A stretch of DNA of 64,000 nucleotides, taken from IMG/VR virus record IMGVR_UViG_3300025133_000026. One strand, written 5' to 3'. The notes under the pieces are model-generated. The model made no database searches. It was given only the letters and a program-made list of their open reading frames with translations, and was not told the origin of the DNA. A program made the translations under genes and the position numbers. Numbering within the stretch: position 1 is the stretch's first letter; every line of letters starts with the position of its first letter. The DNA is from a virus. Of this stretch, positions 47,420 through 57,900 are shown in pieces.

Positions 47420-47732
47420 TATATTTCGTGAAGAGGACTGGGAGCTTATAAGAACTGAAAGGGAATGGATCGACCGCTGGAATAAAGTTGGCGGCGAGAA
47501 CAAAAAACGCTCCCGATCTGATGTAGACTGGCCTCAAAGCTATCCTGTTCTTGTTTGGTTTCAAAGAGAATATGATGAATATTTTGATGAGGGTTGGGCG
47601 TGGCCCAATTTCTTTTATCCTCTCAATCATATATGCACTAACTGCCAACATACAGAACCCATCTGGCCAGAAACTGGCGACGATAATATAGATTATGAAT
47701 TATTAATGGAGAAAACAAATGAGATTAAGTAA
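47400..47732 (+). CDS. Hypothetical protein with the shared motif
   Basis: CTNC; tail NIDYELLMEK. Confidence 0.65.
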   Translation: MQVAKNDIFREEDWELIRTEREWIDRWNKVGGENKKRSRSDVDWPQSYPVLVWFQREYDEYFDEGWAWPNFFYPLNHICTNCQHTEPIWPETGDDNIDYELLMEKTNEIK

Positions 47733-48012
47733 ATGGAAAATAGGCGATATTGTAATCGCAAGAAAACTTATAACTGAAGATGGTACTTCTCAGGGCGATC
47801 ATAATGCTTCTTTCCCTGCCCCCAATTACATTCATGCATGTAAGAGTGATCGAGGTGCTGTTGTGGGCATTCATGACGAAATACCAACTGTTCGTTTTCA
47901 AAAGACTAAAACTGCTACTATTGTCAGAGATGACGAAATAAAGTATATCGGATTTAACTCTAAAAATAAAGCGTCAGATGCTTTCATGAACCCTTCATAT
48001 AAAACAAAGTAA
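47719..48012 (+). CDS. Hypothetical protein
   Basis: Overlapping ORF. Confidence 0.6.
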   Translation: MRLSKWKIGDIVIARKLITEDGTSQGDHNASFPAPNYIHACKSDRGAVVGIHDEIPTVRFQKTKTATIVRDDEIKYIGFNSKNKASDAFMNPSYKTK

Positions 48013-48015
48013 AAT

Positions 48016-48234
48016 ATGAAACGAATAGCAATAGCTGACATTCTCCTAGAGTCTGGAGAGACAGAAGTATCTCTCGACCTTAGAGAACACATGAATTCAT
48101 TTGAAAAAGCAAATCCTGATAAAACTCTTCACCCCTCTACTCTTAAGTTAATCACACACCCTGTTTCTGATGGAAATTTTAGATTAATCTTATCTGTAGG
48201 CTATACACAGTATGGGGAAAAATATGTTAGGTAA
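48016..48234 (+). CDS. Hypothetical protein
   Basis: Small ORF in the array. Confidence 0.55.
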   Translation: MKRIAIADILLESGETEVSLDLREHMNSFEKANPDKTLHPSTLKLITHPVSDGNFRLILSVGYTQYGEKYVR

Positions 48235-48291
48235 ATTAAATTTAAACACAGATTTAGGACGAACAACTTATCCGCCGTCCCTGTATTATAA

Positions 48292-48561
48292 ATGAAAAAG
48301 AAACAAAAAGTAACCAAAACATATTATGTATTTACTAACAAAAACCAAACAAAGTTTATAGAAGAAATCAAAGACGAATGGAATGACGATGTCTGTCCGT
48401 CCTATTTGCCAACAGAAGACATTCTTAAGGCCTACAGGGCAACCGCAAATGAACTCAAAGAAATAGGATGGCATTCAAATGTTGGTAATATTAAAACAAA
48501 TTGGCCAAGTTACAAACCAATGAAAATTAAATATACTCGTATAATTGAGGTGGAATATTAA
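48292..48561 (+). CDS. Hypothetical protein
   Basis: Small ORF preceding thyX. Confidence 0.6.
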   Translation: MKKKQKVTKTYYVFTNKNQTKFIEEIKDEWNDDVCPSYLPTEDILKAYRATANELKEIGWHSNVGNIKTNWPSYKPMKIKYTRIIEVEY

Positions 48562-49432
48562 AATTAACATACTAGACGATGGCTTTGTTCGTCTTGTTGA
48601 CAGTATGGGGACAGATTCTTCTATAGTTAGGAGTGCTCGTGTTTCCTATGGTGACGGAACAAAGAGTAAAAGAGAAGACGAAGGGCTAATTAGATACCTC
48701 ATGCGTCATAAACACTTCTCTCCATTCGCCTCCTGTCAAGTTCAGCTTCATTTAAGACTTCCCATTTATGTACATAACCAGCTGGTACGTCATGATCGAG
48801 TCCACTGGAATATGCTAAGTGGAAGATACTCTGTAATGCCAGATGAGAAGTGGATATGTCAGGAATGGAAAGGCCAATCCGACCATAATAAACAAGTCGG
48901 AGACAAGGGTCTGGATGGCACTGTGACAACTGATCACCCCAAAGCTATAGCCCTGGGTCTAGAGCCAGAACAAGGCCTCCAAGAGGGCTTGCAGGACCTA
49001 CAGAAAGCTGCTTATGAAGAGTCTCAAGAACACTACGAAGCTCTTCTAGAATTAGGAGCTAGTAGAGAAAAAGCGCGATCAGTATTACCCATGGGGCAAT
49101 ATACTGAAGGCTATATGACTGCTAACCTTGGGGACCTTATGCTTATCCTCTCACAAAGAATGCATCCCCATGCTCAAGAAGAAACTCAAGAATATGCTAA
49201 GGCTATCTTTACTATTCTTTCAGATTTGTTTCCTGTTTCTATGCAAGCATTCGAAGACTACCAATTAAATTCTATTTCTTTAAGTGGTTATGAGATACAG
49301 TTGATTACAAGGGCCTTTAAAATAAGATATGAGGATGACATAGAGGGGCTTAAGAAAATAATGGACACGATGGGGTTTCCTAAAAACAAAAGAGAGCGGG
49401 GTGAGTTCCTGAAAAAGATGGAGTTAATATGA
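48545..49432 (+). CDS. thyX: FAD-dependent thymidylate synthase
   Basis: GFVRLVD, SARVSY, HFSPF, QLVRHD, SGRYS, AR.VLP, HAQ.E. Confidence 0.95.
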   Translation: MRWNIKINILDDGFVRLVDSMGTDSSIVRSARVSYGDGTKSKREDEGLIRYLMRHKHFSPFASCQVQLHLRLPIYVHNQLVRHDRVHWNMLSGRYSVMPDEKWICQEWKGQSDHNKQVGDKGLDGTVTTDHPKAIALGLEPEQGLQEGLQDLQKAAYEESQEHYEALLELGASREKARSVLPMGQYTEGYMTANLGDLMLILSQRMHPHAQEETQEYAKAIFTILSDLFPVSMQAFEDYQLNSISLSGYEIQLITRAFKIRYEDDIEGLKKIMDTMGFPKNKRERGEFLKKMELI

Positions 49433-49644
49433 CGACAAAACAGAAAAAGATTATTGACGAGGCTGTTTCTAGAGTAGCCTCTATGATTGTAGCTACCAAT
49501 CATTGTGGACACGGATCTCTAGAGGATTTATCTTGTGCAATGTATTCTCTTCAGGATTATTTAGGAAATATAGATTGCAATGAAGAAGGCCTTACTCTTC
49601 CTGGCCAAGAAACACAATCAATTACAGATCTTTGGGAATATTAA
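49429..49644 (+). CDS. Hypothetical protein
   Basis: ATGA overlap with thyX. Confidence 0.55.
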   Translation: MTTKQKKIIDEAVSRVASMIVATNHCGHGSLEDLSCAMYSLQDYLGNIDCNEEGLTLPGQETQSITDLWEY

Positions 49645-49645
49645 A

Positions 49646-49795
49646 ATGAACTGGTTAAGGGATAAGCTAGCAGAAATCCTACATAATTGTATTGCGCATC
49701 CACTCATGCCTTTCCTTCCTCGAAAGTGGGGTAATTTTCTCCATGATTGGACTCTAAAATTCTGGCCACCTTATCATGGAGACCATGATGAGTGA
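49646..49795 (+). CDS. Small hypothetical protein
   Basis: ATG 49646; LHNCIAHPL. Confidence 0.5.
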   Translation: MNWLRDKLAEILHNCIAHPLMPFLPRKWGNFLHDWTLKFWPPYHGDHDE

Positions 49796-50015
49796 TCCAG
49801 TCAATCATCCCGACCACTATAAAAAAGGTGGACTAGAATGCATAGATGTAATCGAGGGCCTGGGGCTTGGGTATCATTTAGGAAATGCCCTTAAATATAT
49901 GTGGAGAGCAGGAGATAAAGACCCATCTAAATACGTAGAAGATTTAGAGAAATGTATTTGGTTTATACGGAGGCGCATTGAGTATTACGAAAAAACGCAT
50001 TCTAGTGATAGGTGA
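49785..50015 (+). CDS. DUF3310-family protein
   Basis: DPVNHPDHY..GGLECID...GNALKY.WRAG.K....EDLEKC.W. Confidence 0.85.
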   Translation: MMSDPVNHPDHYKKGGLECIDVIEGLGLGYHLGNALKYMWRAGDKDPSKYVEDLEKCIWFIRRRIEYYEKTHSSDR

Positions 50016-50826
50016 TGGGATACAAGACACCTATCATACAGGAGATATCCTAGGTATTGCTAACGAAGACCCTGCATTAAAATTTAGACCAACAGGAATG
50101 GTAACAAAAAAGGGTGGAGCCGCATACTGTCAAGCACTTCTTCAATCGTTTCTGCCTGACTATGAGATAGAGCTATTCTTAACTAGCCATTCTCACATTC
50201 AACGCTTTGTTGATAACAAATACAAAAGAGTTGTTCTTACTGTAGATACAGAACCAGTAGAAAAGTATCCGTATGAGGTTATTGCAAATCATGCGTTGGA
50301 AAGATTTGTAAAGTCTTGGGACCCTAGTGTTCTTTATATATGGGACGACGACAGAACTCCATCTTTACCCTCTTGGGTTTTTCGACTTTCGGGACTAGAT
50401 GCTCTTCCCGTTCGAGGAATTTATTTAGACTCTTCTAGGAAAAATACTTTGGGTTACCCTGTAGTTAGTTATAGAAAAGCCTCAGAAACTGAGAATATAT
50501 TACCTCAGCAAAATGACCATCTTTTAATTACAACAAGTGCCTCCAAGGTAGAAATCATTAATGCATGGGCTCTAAATCCTTTCGCACGCAAAGGAACCTT
50601 AAGGCCTATCGATTACTTAGTTCCTAAATCAAATAAAATTGTCGACACATGTGGTGCAGGAGACACATTTTTCACTGCCTTCTGTGCAGCCAAAGAACAA
50701 GGAAAAGAGTTAGAAGAAGCTATTCATTATGCTATCAGTGCAGCCTCTTTGAGTATTGAACACAATGGCTGTTTCCTCCCATCCTTACAAGAAATAGAGG
50801 ATAGACAATTAGAATATTATGGTTAA
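49978..50826 (+). CDS. PfkB-family sugar kinase, HldA/RfaE domain I-like
   Basis: RILVIGD..QD.Y..G....E.P; GGAA; VDTCGAGDTF; SIEHNG. Confidence 0.8.
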   Translation: MSITKKRILVIGDGIQDTYHTGDILGIANEDPALKFRPTGMVTKKGGAAYCQALLQSFLPDYEIELFLTSHSHIQRFVDNKYKRVVLTVDTEPVEKYPYEVIANHALERFVKSWDPSVLYIWDDDRTPSLPSWVFRLSGLDALPVRGIYLDSSRKNTLGYPVVSYRKASETENILPQQNDHLLITTSASKVEIINAWALNPFARKGTLRPIDYLVPKSNKIVDTCGAGDTFFTAFCAAKEQGKELEEAIHYAISAASLSIEHNGCFLPSLQEIEDRQLEYYG

Positions 50827-51223
50827 AGTAGTTATGACAGATAAAAAAACAGACCCTTCATATGTTCAGCGCTTTGAAAAAACAAAAAATGTTCCCAAAA
50901 GATGGGGTTATGAATTATGGATAGCCAATTCCCACCTATATTGTGGAAAGCAATTAAACATATTCCCCCTATGTCAAACCTCCTTGCATTTTCATGTAAA
51001 TAAAACAGAACACATTTATGTTTCTTCAGGAACTATGACTCTTGAAGTAGCAAAAAAGGATGGTTCTGGCTTACAGATTACAAGATTAAAACCAGGTGAT
51101 TCAGTAATTGTCACTCCTGGACTAATGCATAGACTTAAAAATGAAAACAGTACTGAAGACCTAGTTCTTATGGAATTCAGCACACAACACTTTGATGAAG
51201 ATAGTTATAGAGTACAAACATGA
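50819..51223 (+). CDS. Cupin (sugar isomerase-like)
   Basis: VPKRWGYELWIAN..YCGK, SLHFH..KTE..YV.SG, PG..HR. Confidence 0.8.
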   Translation: MVKVVMTDKKTDPSYVQRFEKTKNVPKRWGYELWIANSHLYCGKQLNIFPLCQTSLHFHVNKTEHIYVSSGTMTLEVAKKDGSGLQITRLKPGDSVIVTPGLMHRLKNENSTEDLVLMEFSTQHFDEDSYRVQT

Positions 51224-51693
51224 GAATTGCACAATTGCCACATGCAAGTGGCCTCAAGTTTCCCGAGAGAGGAGACGAATACGCAGCTGGCTTAGATTTA
51301 AGAGCTGCACATCCAAACAAAACAGAAGTTCCTCAAGATCAAACAGACACATTAGTCTGGACTCTTAAACCAGGAGAACGAAGACTTATTTCTACTGGTT
51401 TAATTGTAGAAGTACCTGCTGGAAACTATGGAAGAATTGCGCCGCGCTCTGGCCTCGCCCTCAAACAAGGCATTGACGTTATGGCCGGCGTTGTGGACTC
51501 TAGTTATCGAGGCGAGGTAGGCGTCGTCCTGGTTAATCTAGGACAAGATGAAGTAACGCTTAAGCATGGCGACCGCATCGCACAATTAATTGTTACTCCT
51601 TATAGGAATGTGTCTATACAACCAGCAGAAATAAAAGCCCTAACTAAAACAAGTAGACAAGATGGCGGCTTTGGTTCTACTGGCGTACAGTGA
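51220..51693 (+). CDS. dut: dUTP diphosphatase (trimeric)
   Basis: AGLDL, RIAPRSGL, GVVDSSYRGE, RIAQL, R..GGFGSTG. Confidence 0.97.
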   Translation: MRIAQLPHASGLKFPERGDEYAAGLDLRAAHPNKTEVPQDQTDTLVWTLKPGERRLISTGLIVEVPAGNYGRIAPRSGLALKQGIDVMAGVVDSSYRGEVGVVLVNLGQDEVTLKHGDRIAQLIVTPYRNVSIQPAEIKALTKTSRQDGGFGSTGVQ

Positions 51694-52274
51694 TAATTGC
51701 AATCGTATTGATGGCGCTTGGACTCTCAATCCTAGGCTACCTACTCTTTCATGCTCAACGGTCAAACAATAAAGCAGAACACATTATAAATAGTTATAAA
51801 AAACAGTTTGATATAAAGTCTCAAAATATTCAGCATCTGCTGAATGAAAATGAGACTTTGAATAACCATATATCTATTATTAAGAATGTTCTTGCCAATA
51901 TTGAAAAAGAAAAGACTGATTGGAAAAAACAAGAAGAGCACAAGATAAGAGCAGATGCACTAAAGAAGTCCAAGTCCATCTTACGAGGGCAAGCTGTAGA
52001 ACACCTAGCCCCTTTCCTTACTTCACATGACTTTAATCCAAAAGATATGCGATTTCTTGGTGACCCAGTAGATTATATTATTTATGATGGCATGTCTGAC
52101 CTCAAAGCTGGCAATAGAAATGATATAGAAAAGATTGTTTTTATGGATATTAAAACAGGCCAGTCCTCTTTGAATAAAACACAAAGAAGAATTAGAGATG
52201 CTGTCAAGGCAGGCAAGGTAGAATTTATTACAGAAAGAATAGAAACGAAAAAATCAGGAGACAATAATGACTGA
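51690..52274 (+). CDS. Membrane-anchored Holliday-junction-resolvase-like endonuclease
   Basis: N-terminal TM and coiled coil; G...E.LAPF, RFLG.PVDYI.YDG, DIKTG, Q..IRDAV. Confidence 0.8.
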   Translation: MIIAIVLMALGLSILGYLLFHAQRSNNKAEHIINSYKKQFDIKSQNIQHLLNENETLNNHISIIKNVLANIEKEKTDWKKQEEHKIRADALKKSKSILRGQAVEHLAPFLTSHDFNPKDMRFLGDPVDYIIYDGMSDLKAGNRNDIEKIVFMDIKTGQSSLNKTQRRIRDAVKAGKVEFITERIETKKSGDNND

Positions 52275-52830
52275 CCTTCCAAAACCAAAAGCACGACGAC
52301 TTTATTTAACTAAACAAATAGACCAATCTTCAATAGCTCCATTAATTCAAAGTATTCTTGATATAAATGCTAATGATAAACATCTAATCAAGTTATATAA
52401 AATATATGGTCTTGATTACACACCCCAACCAATAGAACTCTATATAGATTCTTATGGTGGTACAGTCTATCAAGCCTTTGGTCTTATTAGTGTCATGGAA
52501 CAGTCAAAAGTTCCTGTTCATACTATTGTCACAGGTGTCGCTATGTCTGGAGGGTTCATGATACTTATTCATGGGCATAAGAGATTTGCATACAAACACT
52601 CTACCCCCATGTACCATCAAGTCTCTACAGCAAAATGGGGAACCATTAAAGAGATTGAAGAAAGTCTCGAGCAAAGCCAAAAGCTACAAAAACAAATGGA
52701 AGCTATGGTTAAAGCTAAAACCAAAATCCCCAAAGCTAAACTCAAAAAGATTTTTGAGAATAAGGCTGATTGGTATATGACTTCTAAAGAAGCTCTTGAG
52801 TACAAAGTCATTGATGAGATCATTAAATGA
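52267..52830 (+). CDS. clpP: ClpP-like protease
   Basis: LYIDSYGG, AMSGG (catalytic Ser), MYHQ (His), DWYMT.KEALEY.VID. Confidence 0.88.
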   Translation: MTDLPKPKARRLYLTKQIDQSSIAPLIQSILDINANDKHLIKLYKIYGLDYTPQPIELYIDSYGGTVYQAFGLISVMEQSKVPVHTIVTGVAMSGGFMILIHGHKRFAYKHSTPMYHQVSTAKWGTIKEIEESLEQSQKLQKQMEAMVKAKTKIPKAKLKKIFENKADWYMTSKEALEYKVIDEIIK

Positions 52831-53129
52831 TAAATGAAAACAAAACAGCTTTTACTATTGGTCACGAAAAGAATTACGATGAAGTTCTTGAAAGAGAACC
52901 GACTGTTCAAAAAGTTGGAAGATATTTGGGCTACCCCGGAGGGTGGGTTTGGGAAAAGGCTGAAGATGCAAAAAGTTTTATAGACCAATCTTCTTTTTCA
53001 TTCAGAGCTGCAGTTTATGAATTACGTCTTAGAAATGGAGTTGACGCAGACTTTTCAGCTGTACCAGGGGAAGACGGTGTATATAACTTACTCCATGATG
53101 CTGAAATAATTAAAAAAATAGAACTATGA
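52827..53129 (+). CDS. Hypothetical protein
   Basis: ATGA overlap. Confidence 0.65.
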   Translation: MINENKTAFTIGHEKNYDEVLEREPTVQKVGRYLGYPGGWVWEKAEDAKSFIDQSSFSFRAAVYELRLRNGVDADFSAVPGEDGVYNLLHDAEIIKKIEL

Positions 53130-53503
53130 AAAAAGAATTAGAGCAACAACTGCTTAGTGATTATCCTGATCTATTCTTTACTTTTGAAAATAGTCTTATC
53201 CTTAGCTATGGATTTAATTGTCAAGATGGTTGGTTCGATATTATCGACACTCTTTGTAAAAATATACAACATAGAGTCAAGTGGGTTAAGCCACCTATAA
53301 ATCAACCCAAAGTTGTTCAAGTCAAAGAAAAATTTGGTGGTCTTCACTTTTATCTTGATGTCTGTTTAGACGAAGAAATAAGAGGAATGATTGGATTTGC
53401 TGAAAGCTTTAGCCTCAAAATCTGTGAAAAGTGTGGCTCACCAGGTAAACGACGTCAAGGCGGATGGATTAAAACACTTTGCGACAAATGCCATAAAGTA
53501 TAA
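53126..53503 (+). CDS. Conserved phage protein of unknown function
   Basis: GW..II..L, QVKEKFGGL.FY, CE.CG.PG, WIKTLC pattern recalled from many phage genomes. Confidence 0.75.
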   Translation: MKKELEQQLLSDYPDLFFTFENSLILSYGFNCQDGWFDIIDTLCKNIQHRVKWVKPPINQPKVVQVKEKFGGLHFYLDVCLDEEIRGMIGFAESFSLKICEKCGSPGKRRQGGWIKTLCDKCHKV

Positions 53504-53518
53504 AGGGAAATTAGAATA

Positions 53519-53734
53519 ATGAATACATATGTAACATATTTCGAAAGCGAATCAGGCGATAATTACTTGGTTCAATACAAACGCGAAACACTCCCCGAGT
53601 CACCACAAGAATGGCTTAGCGTAATCCAAGAAACTTTAGATGATGAATATTTTGTTGCCGAACAAGATGATTTTTCAGGCCCCGGAATTATGGGCACTTG
53701 GGTTTACCCACAAGAAACAATTGAGATAGTTTAA
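53519..53734 (+). CDS. Small acidic hypothetical protein
   Basis: Stop overlaps the next start. Confidence 0.6.
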   Translation: MNTYVTYFESESGDNYLVQYKRETLPESPQEWLSVIQETLDDEYFVAEQDDFSGPGIMGTWVYPQETIEIV

Positions 53735-54762
53735 TGAGCACTCTATGGAGAGATCCTCTCTTCACATATGATGATCTTTTACTTATTCCACAACATTCTT
53801 GTCTTTCAACCAGGAAAGAGGCCATAACTGAAACAGCTATAGGAGATACAAAACTTAATTTTCCTATGATTTCAGCTAATATGGATACAGTCACTGGTGT
53901 AAGAATGGCTATCGCCATGTGGAAAGCAGGTGGATTAGGAATACTCCATCGTTTTTATCCTCCAGAGCAAGAGAACCGTAGACTATCCGATGTCCAACAA
54001 CTAGTTGATAGGGGTGTCCCTAGAGAATATATCTACACTAGTATCGGTGTAGGTGGAAAAGAAATAGAGTGGGCCGAAAAGTTAGTAGAAGCAGGAGCAG
54101 GGGGTCTATGTTTAGATATAGCTCATGCACACTCTGAACTAACTGGATATGTTCTTAAGCAATTACAGCACCTTAGGCCACATATCACTATTATTGGAGG
54201 GAATGTAGCCACACCCGAAGGGGCTATCTTCTTGGCTCCATTGTGTGATGCAATTAAGGTCGGGATTGGACCCGGTTCTCGCTGCACAACTCGCTCAGTA
54301 ACCGGACATGGCGTTCCCCAAGCATATGCCATCCATAGTATTAGACGAACACTTCCTAATAAACCAATCATTGCTGATGGTGGACTTAAAACTTCTGGAG
54401 ATATTGCAAAAGCGCTTGCTCTAGGAGCCACAGCAGTCATGAGCGGCTCTATGCTTGCTCCTTCTACAGAAGCAGAAGGAACTCACTATACAGGACAAGA
54501 CGGAAGAACCTATAAGGTTTATAGAGGCATGGCCTCTAAGCAAGCAATGGAAAAGGCAGGACGACAACCACGTGCTGCCGAGGGTGTGTCTGCACCCGTG
54601 CTTGTCCGGGGAACAGTATCTGAATTAATGTCTGAATGGAAAGATGGCTTACAGAGTGCTTTGTCTTATTCTGGTTGCATGAGCATTACAGAATTTAGAG
54701 AAGATGCAATTCTTTCTCTAATCACGCCTACAACATTAGTAGAAAATGGAGTTAGATTATGA
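53734..54762 (+). CDS. IMP dehydrogenase / GMP reductase family enzyme (no CBS domain)
   Basis: ISANMDTVT, DIAHAHS, IKVGIGPGSRCTTR, IIADGG, YRGMAS, AEGV. Confidence 0.92.
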   Translation: MSTLWRDPLFTYDDLLLIPQHSCLSTRKEAITETAIGDTKLNFPMISANMDTVTGVRMAIAMWKAGGLGILHRFYPPEQENRRLSDVQQLVDRGVPREYIYTSIGVGGKEIEWAEKLVEAGAGGLCLDIAHAHSELTGYVLKQLQHLRPHITIIGGNVATPEGAIFLAPLCDAIKVGIGPGSRCTTRSVTGHGVPQAYAIHSIRRTLPNKPIIADGGLKTSGDIAKALALGATAVMSGSMLAPSTEAEGTHYTGQDGRTYKVYRGMASKQAMEKAGRQPRAAEGVSAPVLVRGTVSELMSEWKDGLQSALSYSGCMSITEFREDAILSLITPTTLVENGVRL

Positions 54763-54908
54763 ATAACTACAAAAGAAAGTTTCCGCGTTTAACCTGGGAA
54801 CAAAAAGAAGCTATTAAAGAATATTTTGCTGACAAAGGCGATGTCATTTCTATATTAAAAGCAATACGAAAGAAGAAGGAAACAATTCCAGCTGATGAAA
54901 CTAAGTAA
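54759..54908 (+). CDS. Possible 49-aa ORF
   Basis: ATGA overlap with the previous stop; fills the gap before the primase. Confidence 0.4.
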   Translation: MNNYKRKFPRLTWEQKEAIKEYFADKGDVISILKAIRKKKETIPADETK

Positions 54909-57900
54909 AGCTATTACCGAGCTTAAACTCCTCCTCCCTCAATATCTAAAAGATCAAGATATTGTCAGTAGTAAATCAAAGAAGTTTGCTTGTATCAACC
55001 CACACCATAAAGACTCAACTCCAAGTGCCTCTCTCTATCCTGGAAGTGATTACACTGAAGGAAGATGTTTTGGTTGTGTAACTAACTTTGATATTTTTAC
55101 TGCAGCTCATTGGTTAGAAGGAATGCCTCAAGAAGGGCCCGAATGGGTCTCTACTACTGTCTCCACACTATGTGAGAGGTATGATATACCCTTAGAGCTT
55201 GAGCCCCTTACAGACGCCCAGAAAGCCTCTAAGGCAGCACTTGCTGCATTTCAAGAAGCAGCTCGTATTCTTACCACACATACTGTTTGGTCAAAAGATT
55301 GTGAAGAGTATATTAATAAAAACAAATGGAAGAAAGAGGTACTTTTACACAGGGGTGTGGGCTGTCTCTCTAGAGAAATTCTAACTTTAGAAATGTCCAA
55401 AAAAGGATACAGCGCAGAGTATCTTAGAACATTAGGTTTGCTTGGTGAGCATAATTGTCCTTTCGATGGAGAGCAACTTGTATTTACTGTGTATAACCAC
55501 CGTGGGCAAGCCCTTGGCTTCTCCTATCGGACATGGGATGGGAAACAAAAGTATGTTAACCCACACATGTATGGCTATGGCACAGAGTCTTTAAAGAAAG
55601 GGGAGACACTTTATGGGTTGGATAAAGCGCGCCGGTGCACTGACCAACCACTCATTCTAGTAGAGGGATATACAGATGTCCTAACTCTTAACCATAAAGG
55701 AATCAACAATGTTGCTGCCATTTGTGGAACTGCCCTAACTAAGGAACAGATTCTCCTCTTAGAAAGTGTAGGTTTTCATAGTATTGTTTTGGCTCTTGAC
55801 TGGGATGCAGCTGGCCAGATAGGAATCAGAAGAGCAATAGACTTGCTTATGAAAGAAAGTCAAGATCTTGATATTTCTATCATTGGAAAGACCGACAAGA
55901 CTGAGGGATTAGACCCTTCTGATTTTGTACTCCAACATGGAAAGAAAGGATGGCTAGCATTACCCAATCTAAGTGCCTTCTCTTGGTTGCTTCAAGATCG
56001 TTTGACAGGCCAAACGCCAAAGAGAAAATTAGCCGAAGACATGGTGCGAATTATTGCACTTGAATCTTCTGCAATTACAAGAGAAGAATACACTAAGGAA
56101 TTGGCAAATACAACCGGGGTGTCTATCCATGCTCTTGATATTGAGGTTGGCAAACAACTCAATAAAAGAGAAAGACAACGCAATAAGATTGAAAAAAACA
56201 TAATCGAAAGAATGGCTCTGGACTTAGACAAGTTCCCTGACCATCGCATATCTATCCTTTCTGAAGCAGCTGGCAATATTGAAAAAGTCCGTAATGATTA
56301 TGAGTCTGGCAAATACTCCTCAAGAGGAGTTCTTTCTTTACTCAGAACACAAAAGATTAAAGAGGAGTCAATTGACCCCTCTGTTGGCCTTGGATTCAAA
56401 ATGAATCTAATGCCCCAATTAGCTAAATGCTTTGAAGGAGGAAAGGACTGGGCGAGTGACACGCTTATGCTTTTGGGTGGAGAAGCCAATGCGGGTAAGT
56501 CCTCGCTCATGTCCAATATCGCTTTTGATATTGCGCATTCTAACAAAGATGCAACCGTTATCTACTTCTCTATTGATGACTCTGGTCGAGACATCTTGCC
56601 TAAATTCCTATGTAATGCACATGTCTCTAACTTAGGCAGATTACCCACAAGCAAATTCGAAGAACTATCTATCGGGGCAATCATTAACCCCGGACGATGG
56701 GCCTCTATGCTTCCATCTAAAGGACACAAGGAACGCTTCTTTGACTTTAGGCAACAGGCTTATAACTTAATAGAAAATCTTGTAAAAGAAGATAGGTTTC
56801 TAATTAAGGATGCTACTGATGGAGCTACTCTTGAATACATGGAAGCCGTTATTCGCTTTCATAGAGGAAAATACCCAAGTCGTAGAATCTTCTGCGTCTT
56901 AGACAATACTCACAACCTTCAAGACTATGGTGGCAAAGACATGAGAGAACGCTTTAGTAAAATTGCAGATACTATGAACAATATTTGTAACAAATACAGT
57001 GTCTGCATGCTGGCCTCTGTTGAGTATAAGAAAAGAAGTGGTGGAATGCGTGGTGGGAAGTTACTTCCCAAAAATGAAGATATTGCTGAGTGTATGACAG
57101 GAGATTCTCTTGTCTTTACAACTCAAGGGCTAAAAAGAATTGATCAAATTATCCCTGGCAATATTGTTTACACCAAAGACGAAAACAATCGAATTGTTAC
57201 CAACAAGGTGTTGGCTAAACTAGACAAAGGCGTTCAGCAAGTTTATAAGGTCATGCTTAAAGGTGGACGCACTATTAAAGTTACTGGCAATCACCCATTT
57301 TTCACAGAAAAGTATAAATGGAATAAACTTTCAGAATTATCTGTAGGGGATTTTGTTGCTTTGCCTTCTGAGATTCCTCAACCAAAATCATGCTCTAATC
57401 CAATAAATAACGACATTGCTCGTTTACTTGGATACATGGCAGGTGATGGTTGCTATGCCTTAAAAAGTACTCCTCGTTTTACAAACAGAGATAAGGGCAT
57501 AATCAAAGATATAAAAACAATAGTACAGGATAGGTTTAAATTAGGAGCTTCTGAAAGACTCCATAATGGTTCTCTTCATCTTCGTTTTACTAACGGAAGA
57601 CAAGGATGTAAGGTCAAAAATCCACTAACAGAATATCTAAAAACTTTGGATATCTGGGGTCAGACGGGTATGGCAAAAAATATCCCGACTGAACTTTATT
57701 CTCAAACCAATGAAGTTATTAGCCATTATATCTCTGGCTTAATTGCCACAGACGGCTCAATAGATACAAAGAAGAAAACAATCAGATTCTTTAATAAGAG
57801 TAATTATTTAACTCAGGGTTTAATATCTCTTTTAAGTAGACTTGGTATTTATTCCACACTAAATAATGTAAAGAATGGTGTTAATGCTGTTTGTATTTCA

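Noticed and set aside
2850-48292. Conserved phage promoter motif (TATAAT/TATAAAT at about 2853, 25619, 31576, 48286)
   Set aside because: These hexamers are expected by chance in AT-rich DNA, and no consistent upstream element was found.
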